From NCBI GenBank assembly GCA_034722055.1, contig JAYENL010000010.1, forward strand, positions 1-50,334: DNA of 50,334 bases, in the 5' to 3' direction. The notes below the pieces were generated by a model. That model saw only the letters and a program-made list of their open reading frames with translations. It ran no database searches and had not been told where the DNA came from. Shown piece by piece: positions 27,001 to 36,349 of this stretch (position 1 is its first letter; the number at the start of each line of letters is the position of its first letter). A program made the position numbers and the translations under genes. The DNA comes from Armatimonadota bacterium. Its GTDB lineage: Bacteria; Armatimonadota; Zipacnadia; Zipacnadales; UBA5352.

Positions 27001-27165
27001 CCCGGTGAGTGGGAGCCGCCGCCCTCGCCCCCGGCCCTCTCCCCCAGCCTGATGCGAGCGCCCTCGGTCAGCGTCGAGGGCGGCAGGGGGACCGGCGACC
27101 TGCCGCGCGGCTACGAGGAGATGGTGCGGGAGTACTTCCGGGCGCTGGGGGAGGGCTCGCCATGA
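24085..27165 (+). CDS. DUF4175 family membrane-anchored coiled-coil protein
   Basis: Three N-terminal TMs, PPPYTGLP, D.APSV, ATDDFGV, ATDNDAVSGPK, long coiled coil and C-terminal LPRGYEEMVREYFRAL; GTG start with GGAGGA RBS. Confidence 0.85.
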   Translation: MSARAQLMSALRRHLLGWRLLATGAGLLQGAALAAAALALMLLVAGRGVLGEPRVTAAMLAALLLPALLRLLRPVDPLAASLAIERTFPFLQDRVATAADLASGRTGRAPRSERMISRITSEAASALRDLPLHRALPAGQLRLPAAALAIALVLVVCAWAAALPPAEPAAAAPAVAATPHVAPEPHPPRLYEIAIAVTPPPYTGLPSRRLTSTLDEVSAPAGSEITISGRCKPQDAEVTLALDPGTGRTLTPDAGAVSHSFRLTEPLRWRLVAESPDGRAQSPWRWIKLTSDGAPSVRLVRPESDLTLDLAESIEVAAWATDDFGVTALGLRYRLAGEDRWRSLPLEIDPAAGVSAAARMNLGAVGLKPGEELILRAWATDNDAVSGPKTSVSAPVRIRLRETAPERREPRTPLEEAQQQEADAMEQLRRAAEDLQQELTQALERAQGGPGSEAGAQAGRELQEAARRLQEQAGRLQRAMREAQRQLQADELMTPELVEKVRELHELMRQVLDEEMRRALEELQKALKAQDLDEIRMSLEQAREAQQRFLERLDQTLSLLRRARMEAVLERLRRLADELASRQEELSRRTSELSEAESDTRATERSQRLLARDTEPLAAKVEAGVEQARELSAEVAAKLGAVADRLMREDPAGQMRRAASALSRGSPNDAAGPQQEAEKSLRRAAEALSELEQQVRSEATEDARRQIAAMVRDALALSEEQEEVGEDVRRLSGLRRADLMRDKRPIDPVRRRESRLAEATSRLAERMAQLSGQTPAMDPHLPAGTKLIAEQMAQAAREIEGADLATARQRGREAMAGLNEVARRLLEVQDRLRQSSAQTTLSQWMQRLQSLAQRQQGLNQQTGQAQQSGQSESGRPQAQPGGMSPSQLAFEQALIRAALEEMLKRGGRATQPMADQLGGVPDEMEKVEGELRFGRIERKTVERQERILEKMLEAQRSLYTREQERSERKAERPGEWEPPPSPPALSPSLMRAPSVSVEGGRGTGDLPRGYEEMVREYFRALGEGSP

Positions 27166-29786
27166 AGCTGCGGGCGCTCCTGGTGATGGGACTGCTGGTA
27201 GTGCTGCCTGGGGCGTGGGCGCAGCAGGAGGATTTCGGGGCATTGCTCTCCCGCGCGGAGGCAGTTCAGCGGGGCGGAGATCAGGAGGCCGCCGAGAAGC
27301 TCCTCGACCAGGCCCTGCAGGCCGCCCGCACCGACGAGGAGCGGGCGCAGGCCCGGTGGATGCTGTCCCAGTCGCGCGAGCATCGCGGGGACTCCCAGGG
27401 CGCGCTGTCAGCCCTGGAGCCGATGCTGCAGCTTGAGGCTGACGGGCACTGGGCGGTCCGCTGCCTGCAGGCGCTGGCCTCTCTCGCAGAGCGCATGCGC
27501 CGGCCGGAGCTGGCCGCCCGCGCGAACAGCCGGCTGGTAGAGGTGCTCGAGGAGGACGATCCGCGGGCGGTGTCGGCCGCGCTGTCCCTGGCGCGTGCCG
27601 AGCGCCGGAGTGGTGACCTGCAGGGCGCCGTCGAGCGCCTGCGGCGGCTGCTGGCCGGGGATGCGCCGACTCATGTTGAGGCCCAGGCCCGGGACCTGCT
27701 CGTGGGGATGCTGGTGCAGGCTGACGAGTTCGAGCAGGCTCTGCAGGCGGCCCGCCAGGCTCAGGAAAAGCAGGAGCGGGCCCGCCTGCTGATCCGCGTG
27801 GCGGACGGGCTCGAGGAGGGCCAGGAGCCCGACCGGGCGGAGGCGGTCGCCTGGGAGGTGCTGGAGCTCTCGCCCGCTCACCCGCAGGCAATGCAGCTCA
27901 TCTACCGCATCGCCGCGCGGCGGGGGGCGGTGGAGGAGCTGCGGGCGAGGCTGGAGCGGGAGGTCAGCGACCAGCCCGAGCGGACGCTGCGCTTTCTGGC
28001 GCGGATCGCGGAGTGGGAGGACCAGCCGGAGGCGGCACTGGGCGCGTTGGAGCGGCTGGTGGAGACTCGCCCGGATGACGCGGACCTGCTGCACGAGCTG
28101 GGCAGGCTGGCGATGGAGGCCGGGAAGCTGGAGCGGGCAGAGACGGCCCTGCGGAGGGTCCTGGAGATCGCCCCGAACGACCGCGCGCCGGCCGTCACGC
28201 TGGCCGAGGTGCTGGTGCACGAGGGGCGGAGCGACGAGGCGGTCGCGCTGCTGAAGGACGCCGTCAGCTACGATCCGAGGCAGCTCCCGTCGGTGCGCTC
28301 GCTGGGCAATCTGCTGGAGAGGCACTCGCTGCACCACCAGGCCGCCGAGGTCTATCGCCAGGCCCGCAAGGCGGCCGGCGATCCGGCGCTGCTGGCCTTC
28401 GAGATGGCGCGGGCGCAGATCGGTCTGCTGCACTACGAGGAGGCCACGGGCGAGCTGCTGCGCGCCCTCGAGAGCCAGCAGGTGGCGCCGCGGATCGTGG
28501 GCTACGAGCTCCAGCGGCTGGCGACCGATGAGGTGGCCGGCGGCGAGGTGCTGGAGGCGGTTGATGCTCACGTCGCGGAGGCGGAGCTCTCCGACGAGGC
28601 GCGCGTGGCGCTGGCGAGAGTCTTCCTGGCGGCGGAGCGCGCCCAGCGCGCCGCCGAGATGCTGGCGGGCATCGAGGCGGCTGGGATGGAGATCGCCGAG
28701 CTGGCTCGGGACTGCGAGCTGCGCGGGGAGCGGGACCTTGCCGCCCGGCTCTACGCCATGGCCCTGCAGGCGGAGCCTGATGGGCCGCTGGCCGCCGAGA
28801 CTGCCACGCGCCTCGCGCGGATCAGAGCGGAGCGGGGCCGCTGGCGCGAGGCCCTGGAGGCGCTGGAGGATGTCGCGGGCATCGACCAGTACCCCGAGGC
28901 GCTGCTGCTGCGGGGGCGCCTGCTGCTGCACCGCGCACGGAGGCCCGATGAGGCCCGGGAGGCCTTCCGGCAGTTGATCGGCTGCGCGGGCTCGGAGCCT
29001 CGCTACCTGGAGGCCGCGCGCTGGGGGCTGGCCGACTGGCTGTTCGCGGTGGGGCGGCTGGACGAGGCCGAGGAGGCCTACGCGCAGCTCGCGGGCGCCA
29101 AGGGGGAGGCCGAGCAGCTCGATATGCCGCCTGCGCCTCCGGGCGTCACCCTTCCAGGCCTGCCGATGCCCGTCCTGATGGAGGAGGAGCCCGGTCCGGG
29201 GCCGGCCTACGCCGCGCTGCGCATGGCCGAGATCGCGCTGCGCCGCGGCGACCTGGAGGAGGCCGAGGAGCGCTTCCGGCTGGTAGTCTCCGCTTACTCC
29301 GACAGCGACCACGCCAACGACGCGCTGCAGCGCCTGGCCTTCATCCAGGAGAACCTCGATGGTGAGGGGCGCGCCGAGGAGCAGTACCTGCAGGCCCTGG
29401 GCATGATCGAGCGCGGGGAGGGTGAGGCTGCGGAGATGCTCCTGGCGGAGGTGGCCGGAACGCGGGGCGAGCCGTTGGCCGATGACGCCCAGATGCTGCT
29501 GGGCCGGGCGCGGGCCGAACGCGCGGAGTACGAGGCGGCGGTGCGGGCATGGATGCGGCTGGCTGACGGCTTCCCGGAGAGCCTGCTGGCGCCGCAGGCG
29601 CTGCTGCGGGCCGCCGGGGTGCTGCGCGGGGAGCTTGGGGACGCCGCAGCGGCGGCCGACGCGCTGCAGCGCGTGGTCGATGCCCACCCCGAGTCCGCCG
29701 CCGCGGATCAGGCGCGGGCGGAGCTGGAGCTGCTGCCGCGGGCCACGGCCCCCGGTGCCGACGCCGGGGCCGTGGAGGACTCCTGA
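27162..29786 (+). CDS. secreted tetratricopeptide repeat protein
   Basis: Signal peptide MKLRALLVMGLLVVLPGAWA; many TPRs ending in YbgF-like FPESLLAP and HPES motifs; ATGA coupling. Confidence 0.88.
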   Translation: MKLRALLVMGLLVVLPGAWAQQEDFGALLSRAEAVQRGGDQEAAEKLLDQALQAARTDEERAQARWMLSQSREHRGDSQGALSALEPMLQLEADGHWAVRCLQALASLAERMRRPELAARANSRLVEVLEEDDPRAVSAALSLARAERRSGDLQGAVERLRRLLAGDAPTHVEAQARDLLVGMLVQADEFEQALQAARQAQEKQERARLLIRVADGLEEGQEPDRAEAVAWEVLELSPAHPQAMQLIYRIAARRGAVEELRARLEREVSDQPERTLRFLARIAEWEDQPEAALGALERLVETRPDDADLLHELGRLAMEAGKLERAETALRRVLEIAPNDRAPAVTLAEVLVHEGRSDEAVALLKDAVSYDPRQLPSVRSLGNLLERHSLHHQAAEVYRQARKAAGDPALLAFEMARAQIGLLHYEEATGELLRALESQQVAPRIVGYELQRLATDEVAGGEVLEAVDAHVAEAELSDEARVALARVFLAAERAQRAAEMLAGIEAAGMEIAELARDCELRGERDLAARLYAMALQAEPDGPLAAETATRLARIRAERGRWREALEALEDVAGIDQYPEALLLRGRLLLHRARRPDEAREAFRQLIGCAGSEPRYLEAARWGLADWLFAVGRLDEAEEAYAQLAGAKGEAEQLDMPPAPPGVTLPGLPMPVLMEEEPGPGPAYAALRMAEIALRRGDLEEAEERFRLVVSAYSDSDHANDALQRLAFIQENLDGEGRAEEQYLQALGMIERGEGEAAEMLLAEVAGTRGEPLADDAQMLLGRARAERAEYEAAVRAWMRLADGFPESLLAPQALLRAAGVLRGELGDAAAAADALQRVVDAHPESAAADQARAELELLPRATAPGADAGAVEDS

Positions 29787-30682
29787 TGTCCGACCGCACA
29801 CTCGGCATCCTGCTGGGGCTGGCGGCCAGCGCGCTGTGGGCGTCCGTCTTCGTCGTCGGGCGCTACGCCACCGCGGTGCGCGGAGTTGACCCCATTCTCA
29901 CCGCGGCGGTGCGCTTCTCGGTGGGAGCGGCCGCGGCCGTCGTCTACCTGGCGCTGGCAGGCCGCTGGAGGCGGCTGATGAGCGCCAGCCGCGACCTCGG
30001 CCCACTGGCCGCCCTGGGCGCGGTGGGCATCTTCGGCATGGGCGTGCTGGTCTTCATCTCCACGAACCTCACCACCTCCATCAACGGGGCCCTGATCCTC
30101 AACGCCAACGCCATCTTCATCGCGGTCTTCGCCCTGCTGGTCGGCGAGCGGGTGCCGGCCATCCGCTTCATCGGCCTGATCATCGGCCTGGCCGGATGCG
30201 CCGTGACCGTGATGGGGCGGACGCCACCTCAGCCGGTGCCGGTTGTCAACAATCTCCTCGGCTCGCTGGCGGCGCTGGGAGGAGCGATCTGCTGGGCAGC
30301 GTACACGGTGGCCGGCAAGCCCTACGTGCGCCGCCACGGCGGGCCGGAAGCGGCCACAGTGACGCTGGTGTTCGGCGCGGTGCTGCTGATCGCCCTGACC
30401 TTCATCCTGCGGTCGCCGATGGCCCTGCGCCTGCCGGAGGCGCTGTCCATCATCTACCTGGGCGTCCTCCCCACCACCGTCGCCATGCTGATGTGGTACC
30501 GGGCGCTGGAGCTGGTGGACGCCAGCGCGCTGGGCCCGACGCAGTACGTGGCACCCCCCGGCGCGACACTGCTGGGATGGGCCCTGCTGGGCGAGCCGTT
30601 GAGCTGGACGTTCGTGGCCGGGGCGGTGGCCATCATCGGCGGCGTCTACCTCGCTACCCGCCCGGCGCGCCCTCCGGCGTGA
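29786..30682 (+). CDS. DMT/EamA family transporter
   Basis: Ten TM segments; two EamA halves ending LLVGER and ALLGEPL. Confidence 0.93.
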   Translation: MSDRTLGILLGLAASALWASVFVVGRYATAVRGVDPILTAAVRFSVGAAAAVVYLALAGRWRRLMSASRDLGPLAALGAVGIFGMGVLVFISTNLTTSINGALILNANAIFIAVFALLVGERVPAIRFIGLIIGLAGCAVTVMGRTPPQPVPVVNNLLGSLAALGGAICWAAYTVAGKPYVRRHGGPEAATVTLVFGAVLLIALTFILRSPMALRLPEALSIIYLGVLPTTVAMLMWYRALELVDASALGPTQYVAPPGATLLGWALLGEPLSWTFVAGAVAIIGGVYLATRPARPPA

Positions 30683-30709
30683 GAGGTGCTGCAGGGCCTC
30701 GCAGCGAAC
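30682..30709 (+). promoter_or_regulatory. sigmaH-like promoter upstream of the Ogl-like gene
   Basis: AGAGGT-N18-GAAC. Confidence 0.35.
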
Positions 30710-30750
30710 CCCGCCCCGGTCACAGGATGCAGCAGCAGGAGGGGACGCCG

Positions 30751-31896
30751 ATGCGCTTCAGCAGGGAGAGGCCGGCCGTGGAGTTCGTGCCACGCGGCGT
30801 TGACCAGCGCTCCGGATCGCGGCTCATGCAGCTCACCAGCGGGGTGTCGATCGACTGCAACATGTACTGCGAGGTGCCCTACATGGACGCCGCCTCGCGG
30901 TACGTGATGTTCACCCGCGGCGCCGGTGCCGCCGGCCCCTTCGAGCTGTGGCGGGCGGACCTTGAGCGCGTGTGGTGCGAGCCGGTGGCGGAGCGGGTGG
31001 ACGGCCTGCGCGGCGCGGCGGTTACGCCCGACCAGCGCTTCTTCCACATCGCCCTGCGCCGCCCCGATCTTCCTACTACCGTCCTGCGGGTGGAGATCGC
31101 CGCCCTGCGGCGGGAGCGCATCGAGCTGAGCGGAGCGCCGCGGATCCGCAGCCTGGGCTCGGCGGCTCCCGATGGCCGCACCTACATCTACGGCTGCCGG
31201 CTGGGGCCGCGGCGGTTCGGCATCGTCCGCGCCGACCTGCAGGACGGCACCTGGCGCGTGATCCACGAGGACCCGGAGATCTGCAATCCCCACCCGCAGA
31301 TCGAGCCGGCGGCCGGGCAGCTCTACCTCATCCAGCACAATCGCGGCTGCAGCTTCGACGCGGAGGGGCGCATCAGGGGCCTCACGGGCAAGCAAGGGGC
31401 TACGCTCTACGTCATCGACCCGGAGGGGGAGAAGACGGAGCTGCCCGTGGGGCTGCCTCACACCGCCCGCTGCCAGGGGCACCAGTGCTGGATCGGACAG
31501 ACCGGCGAGGTGCTGCTCACCGTCTCGCACGCGAACGCCCGCGGCACCATGCGCGCCGGCAACCTGCTGGCCGTGCGGCCGGACGACGGGCCGGCCCGCG
31601 CGGTGGCGGCCGGCCACACCTTCTGCCACCCCAACGCCTCGCGCGACGGCCGGTTCTTCGTCTCCGATACCCGGGAGCCGGGGCATCCCATCGTGGTCGG
31701 GTCCATCACGACCGGTCGCTCGCGCGTCCTCTGCCGCTCCCTGGCCTCGATCGGCCGGCCGCAGTACACCCACCCGCACCCCTACTTCAGCCCCGACCGG
31801 CGATGGGTGATCTTCAACTCCGACCGCGACGGCGTACCGCGGCCCTACGCCGCCAGCGTCCCGGAGGGGCTGCTCGAGGAGCTGGAGGAGGCGTAG
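30751..31896 (+). CDS. oligogalacturonate lyase (PL22/Ogl)-like beta-propeller protein
   Basis: QLTS, HPQIEP, HQCW, HPNASRDGRFFVSD and HPHPYFSPDRRWVIFNSD motifs; no signal peptide; AGGAGG RBS. Confidence 0.8.
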   Translation: MRFSRERPAVEFVPRGVDQRSGSRLMQLTSGVSIDCNMYCEVPYMDAASRYVMFTRGAGAAGPFELWRADLERVWCEPVAERVDGLRGAAVTPDQRFFHIALRRPDLPTTVLRVEIAALRRERIELSGAPRIRSLGSAAPDGRTYIYGCRLGPRRFGIVRADLQDGTWRVIHEDPEICNPHPQIEPAAGQLYLIQHNRGCSFDAEGRIRGLTGKQGATLYVIDPEGEKTELPVGLPHTARCQGHQCWIGQTGEVLLTVSHANARGTMRAGNLLAVRPDDGPARAVAAGHTFCHPNASRDGRFFVSDTREPGHPIVVGSITTGRSRVLCRSLASIGRPQYTHPHPYFSPDRRWVIFNSDRDGVPRPYAASVPEGLLEELEEA

Positions 31897-31943
31897 CGCA
31901 CGTCACCTGGCCGAGACTCCCCGCCTGCAAGCCAGGTAAGTGC

Positions 31944-31969
31944 TGGGGCGCGGGCGCCCTCGCCCGCGC
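31944..31969 (+). repeat. REP-like palindrome between convergent genes
   Basis: GCGCGGGCG-CCCT-CGCCCGCGC; the 18-mer at 31950-31967 recurs inverted at 49041-49058. Confidence 0.7.
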
Positions 31970-32036
31970 GTTCTACCGACACTTGGAATCCGCGCCCGAG
32001 CGCCACGGCGGCGCGGCATCGCTTCGACCGCGTGAG

Positions 32037-35000
32037 TCACTGTCGTGGAAGCGGCCACCGAACGGCCTCGGCCCCCGCCGGTATCTTCCCCTCCGGCGCG
32101 GCCGTCCACTCGTCGGCGTCCTGCAGGCGGTAGTGCGTGGCTCCCTCGAGGGTCAGCGGCACATTCGTTCGCAGGGCGAAGTCGGAGCCGGCGGTTCGCG
32201 TCAGGGAGGCGTGCGCGAGGATGACCGCCTCGTCGCCGGGGCGGATGTCATGGTAGTAGCAGACGTCGCCGTCGCCGAAGCCCTCAACCGAGTCCACCTG
32301 AAGCTGCTGTGGCTGCCCGTAGACGACCCGGCGAAGCGTCGTTGATGCCGTGCCGTCCTCGGTGGTCACGAGCTTGTCGGCGAAGAAGTCGGCCTCCTCC
32401 GGGACCTGGCCGCGGGATCGGATGCGGGCGTAGTCGTGCGGCACCAGGCTCGCCAGCGTATGGGCGTCGAGCGGCGGTCCGTCGATGACGGCCTTGCCCA
32501 GCAGGAAGGTGGCCTCCCGCACGCTGAGGCGGAAGCGGCCGCCATCGCGGCGGGTGCTGTCCACGTGATACACGGTGTTGCGGGAGTACCGCGGGTTGCT
32601 GAAGTAGACGGCCTGCCCGCGCACGGCCTCGCCCTCCGGCAGGTCGGCCCCCTGGACGTCCAGCACCACCTCGCCCGCGTCGTCATCGACCTCCACCACC
32701 GTGGCGCGCCAGGCGTCGCGGGCCAGGCGCACGCTCAGGTGGGGCGCGCGCAGCTCAGCGCCGCCGATGATGCCGAGCTGCGCCGGGCCGCGGTCATCTG
32801 TGCGTAGCCAGGCCAGGCGGGCGGCGGCCGCGTAGCCGCCGCCGTAGTCCGCCGGCCGGGCGTCGAGCGCGGCGAAGAGCCGGTCCTCGACGCCGTCGCG
32901 GCCCACCACGTGAACCCCCGCTGCGCCCTCGCGGTCGGCCTGCAGGCGGCGTGCGCCGGCGATCCGCGGCTCGACCGGTCCCTGCGTCGCCTCGTCCGCG
33001 GGCTGCAAGCCGACGAAGGTGAGGCCCATCCAGTAGCGCCCCTCCTCCGCGTCGGGCGCCACCAGCTCCACCGCCATCTCGTGCTGGCCGGCCGTCACGT
33101 GCACCGTCCCCAGCTCAGCGGGCCGAGCCGGGGCCACGCCGTCCGCGGTCCCCCGGAAGGGCTCGCCGACCGGCTCACCGTCGATGAGCAGCCGCGCGGT
33201 GCCGTAGGCCGGCGAGAGGTAGTGGCCCACGGTGACGAGGTAGTCGCCCTCCTCAGGCACCGATGCCGGGAAGGTCATCCGGTCGCCGTGGGCCTCGGCC
33301 TTGAACAAGGCCACGTCGATCCCGCTCACGTACTTCATGGAGCCGCCGGTGAGCTCGGCAGAGCTGAGTATCTCCAGCGCCCGGACGCCGTGGCGGGCCT
33401 GGGCGCGGTCGATGGGCTCCAGCACGGTGGCGTAGGTGCTTTCCAGGTTCTCGCCGGTGCGCCGGGCGCAGACGTAGGCGGCCTTCGGGAAGCGCGGGTA
33501 GATGCCCGGCGCCCAGGCGGTGATCAGTTCGGTCTCCGGCTCCGGGAGGCCGATGGCGCGCACGCGAGCCTCGCGGGAGGGGTCGATCTCCCAGGTGGCG
33601 GTCCATTGTCCGTCAGCCTCGCCCCGGCGCACATCCACCAGGAAGCCGTAGCCGTTGCCCGGCGGCGGGTTCCAGTAGGGCTTGTTGGGATGGCCGATCA
33701 TGTCGCCGTCATTGCCCTGCATCTTGCCCCACTCGTACTCCGGGCCGGCCAGCGAGCCGGGCTCCGGCTCGCCCACCTCCACGCCCTCGATGCTCAGCTC
33801 GTCGTTCAGCGCGTGCAGCATGTAGTCGTGCTGGAAGCCGCCGCGGACCCGGAAGAGGTCGATGAGGTAGCGCTGCGGACCCTCGCCCACCAGCGCCACC
33901 AGCCTCCGGTAGCGGTCCACGCCCTGGCTGAGGTAGGCGGCCTTCGCCTCCGCCTCCACTACGCGCAGGCCGGGCAGCTCGTCGATGAGCAGCAGGCTCC
34001 CGCCGCTGCCGCAGCCCGCTTGGTGCTGGGGGGTCTCATCGACCACCACCAGGTTGTGGCTGGCGGTCTGCCTGGCCCAGCCCACCTGAGTGTGCGTTGA
34101 GCCGAATGAGTAGCCGAGATCGTACGTTACCTCGTAGCCCAGGGCGTAGTAGTTGAGGTTGAGGTCATCGTTATGCCCGTGGTTGAGGGACTGGCCGAAG
34201 CGCAGCAGCGCCGCCTGGGCCTCGGTGTCCTCTCCAGCCCGCAGGATCGCGATGCCCTTCTGGCCGAAGAAGTCGGTCGAGGTCAGCCGCCGGCGGATGA
34301 ACTCCACCTCCGCCTGGCCGGGGAACTCGCCGGCGTGGAAGAGCATCCACATGCTCTGGCGGCCCGAGGACCGGATCTGCTCCCCCCGCGGGCCGGCCAT
34401 GTAGGTCATGGCGCCGGCGAAGCGCTCCCGGGCGCCGCCCTCCGTGCGCCGGTAGCAGACCTCGGCGAACTGGTAGTCCCGCTGCGAGAAGATGGGATCG
34501 GTGGGATAGCTGGAGGCGGTGTCAGGGCCGGTGTCGCCGTAGCGCGGCATGTGCCCGGCGCAGTCGAACAGGGAGTCCGGCAGGAAGTAGAATGTCAGGA
34601 ACTTGTCGTCCTCGTAGAGGTTCACGCCCCGGGGGTACTTCTGGGAGCGGTAGTTGAGCAGCGGCTCGGAGAAGGTGAGATAGAGGTTCCTCGCGTGCAG
34701 CGCGTAGCTCAGCGAGGTCTCGTAGTAGCGGCCGTCGCGGTCGGCGTTGTTGGCGATCATGCTGCGAATGCCGTAGGGCCCGTCCAGCGCCCAGTCGATG
34801 TAGTGATCGATGCCCAGCACGCAGCCGACCGCCAGCGCGCCGCGGATGTAGTCGGCCTCACCGTTGTGCAGCCCGCCCTTGAGCGACTGCTCGTAGCAGT
34901 ACCAGGCGCCGTTGCGCAGCAGGTTCTCCTCGATGTTCTCCCGGCGGGTGAGACCATCGACCAGCGACGGCTCATCCAGCGCCGGGGAGTCGAAGATCTC

Positions 35001-36182
35001 GTCATAGAAGTCCACGTAGTGGATCAGCACCCGCGCCACCTGATACCACGGGCGATTGAGGCGGCCGCTGGGCGGGTCGGAGGGGTAGTCCCACGAGCCC
35101 TTGTCGCAGGAGGGGTAGATGGTGGCGATCCCGTCCATGATCACGGCGGCCTTCTCTGCGTACCGCTCGTCCCCGGTGAACAGGTAGGTCAGGCACAGCG
35201 GGCGCAGGGCGTCGAACTGCAGCTTCTCGACCACCCACGCGTTCCAGGAGCCAACGAAGTAGTGGATGCGCCCGTCCTCGCCGACGTAGCCGGTGCCGGG
35301 GTCGGGGTGCTCCTCGTCGGGCAGCACGTGCCCGTTGGCGCAGGTGACGTGGCCGGGGTTATCCCAGGAGCAGCGCGCCCCGCCCCAGGTGCCCCAGCTC
35401 GCGCCGCAGATGGGGCAGCCGGTGCGCCCGTAGGCGAAGCAGGCACCCGGCTCAGGGATCATCTCCAGGATCCACTCGTCGGAGCGCTCCAGCCACTCGT
35501 CGGCCTGCGCCTGCATGTTCTCGACGTACTCCGCCAGCCACTGGTAGCGCTCCATGTTCTCTCGCGCCCGCTCCACATCCGCGGGCATCTTGTTCACGCA
35601 CGGGTGTACCTCTCGCCCCTCCGCCGTCAGGTCCGGATGCTCCCAGCGCTGCCTGGGCGGGATCACTGGCTGCACCACCTTGTCGGGGTCACGGAAGATT
35701 TGCAGCTCGTCGATGCCCACGTAGACCTTCTGCTGGTACACCGACAGGAACGTCACCCGCAGCCACTCGGTCTCCCGGGCCTCAAAGCGCACGATCTGCG
35801 GCGCCGAGGTGTCCTCCAGCGCCACCTCCACGGTCTCGCCCTCTGAGAAGGAGAGCTCCACGCGCTCGGCGTTGGCGTAGATGCGGGCGAGCGAGGACTG
35901 CTCGATGACGAGCGTGTCCACCGTGGTGGGCCGCTCGAAGGTCACCTGCAGCCACTGCGGCAGCTCCGCCCCGTGGGCGGAGGCCCAGCGGGTGTCCCCG
36001 CTGCCATCGATGGCCCGTGGCGGGCCGTACTTGCCGTCGAAGTCGGTCGCGGAGGAGCTGGCCTCGACCTGCGCGTCCAGGGCCAGGTTCTCCAGCCCGC
36101 CGCTGCGCACGGTCTGCGCAGTGGAGAAGCCGATGATCAGCACGAGGAGAACGATGGTGATGACGAGCGCGCGTCGGGTCAC
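32037..36182 (-). CDS. secreted heparinase II/III-family polysaccharide lyase-like protein with N-terminal discoidin (F5/8 type C, CBM32-like) domain
   Basis: Signal peptide; NLALDA..ASS...AIDG...TRWAS...PQWLQV discoidin; LHN, DGRYYETSLSY, HGHNDDLNL...YDLGY and TASHNLVVVDE Hepar_II_III motifs; GTG start after GAGGTGA. Confidence 0.88.
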   Translation of the reverse strand: MTRRALVITIVLLVLIIGFSTAQTVRSGGLENLALDAQVEASSSATDFDGKYGPPRAIDGSGDTRWASAHGAELPQWLQVTFERPTTVDTLVIEQSSLARIYANAERVELSFSEGETVEVALEDTSAPQIVRFEARETEWLRVTFLSVYQQKVYVGIDELQIFRDPDKVVQPVIPPRQRWEHPDLTAEGREVHPCVNKMPADVERARENMERYQWLAEYVENMQAQADEWLERSDEWILEMIPEPGACFAYGRTGCPICGASWGTWGGARCSWDNPGHVTCANGHVLPDEEHPDPGTGYVGEDGRIHYFVGSWNAWVVEKLQFDALRPLCLTYLFTGDERYAEKAAVIMDGIATIYPSCDKGSWDYPSDPPSGRLNRPWYQVARVLIHYVDFYDEIFDSPALDEPSLVDGLTRRENIEENLLRNGAWYCYEQSLKGGLHNGEADYIRGALAVGCVLGIDHYIDWALDGPYGIRSMIANNADRDGRYYETSLSYALHARNLYLTFSEPLLNYRSQKYPRGVNLYEDDKFLTFYFLPDSLFDCAGHMPRYGDTGPDTASSYPTDPIFSQRDYQFAEVCYRRTEGGARERFAGAMTYMAGPRGEQIRSSGRQSMWMLFHAGEFPGQAEVEFIRRRLTSTDFFGQKGIAILRAGEDTEAQAALLRFGQSLNHGHNDDLNLNYYALGYEVTYDLGYSFGSTHTQVGWARQTASHNLVVVDETPQHQAGCGSGGSLLLIDELPGLRVVEAEAKAAYLSQGVDRYRRLVALVGEGPQRYLIDLFRVRGGFQHDYMLHALNDELSIEGVEVGEPEPGSLAGPEYEWGKMQGNDGDMIGHPNKPYWNPPPGNGYGFLVDVRRGEADGQWTATWEIDPSREARVRAIGLPEPETELITAWAPGIYPRFPKAAYVCARRTGENLESTYATVLEPIDRAQARHGVRALEILSSAELTGGSMKYVSGIDVALFKAEAHGDRMTFPASVPEEGDYLVTVGHYLSPAYGTARLLIDGEPVGEPFRGTADGVAPARPAELGTVHVTAGQHEMAVELVAPDAEEGRYWMGLTFVGLQPADEATQGPVEPRIAGARRLQADREGAAGVHVVGRDGVEDRLFAALDARPADYGGGYAAAARLAWLRTDDRGPAQLGIIGGAELRAPHLSVRLARDAWRATVVEVDDDAGEVVLDVQGADLPEGEAVRGQAVYFSNPRYSRNTVYHVDSTRRDGGRFRLSVREATFLLGKAVIDGPPLDAHTLASLVPHDYARIRSRGQVPEEADFFADKLVTTEDGTASTTLRRVVYGQPQQLQVDSVEGFGDGDVCYYHDIRPGDEAVILAHASLTRTAGSDFALRTNVPLTLEGATHYRLQDADEWTAAPEGKIPAGAEAVRWPLPRQ

Positions 36183-36217
36183 GACGATCACCTCGCTGAG
36201 CCATGATGGGTGGGCCC

Positions 36218-36245
36218 ATTCGCCTCCCACGACCTGGTCTCCTGC
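36218..36245 (-). promoter_or_regulatory. sigmaH-like promoter of the minus-strand lyase
   Basis: GCAGGA-N18-GAAT. Confidence 0.6.
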
Positions 36246-36312
36246 CCGCCAGAGCTCGGCGTTGGCCTCGGAAGGCAGGGTGTCTTCGACGACGAGAGGC
36301 ATCGCCTCTCCC

Positions 36313-36335
36313 GTGGCGCGGGCTTCCAGCCTGCG
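36313..36335 (+). repeat. GTGG-type REP palindrome
   Basis: GTGG-CGCGGGCT-TCC-AGCCTGCG. Confidence 0.55.
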
Positions 36336-36349
36336 ATCCCTGCCCCCGT

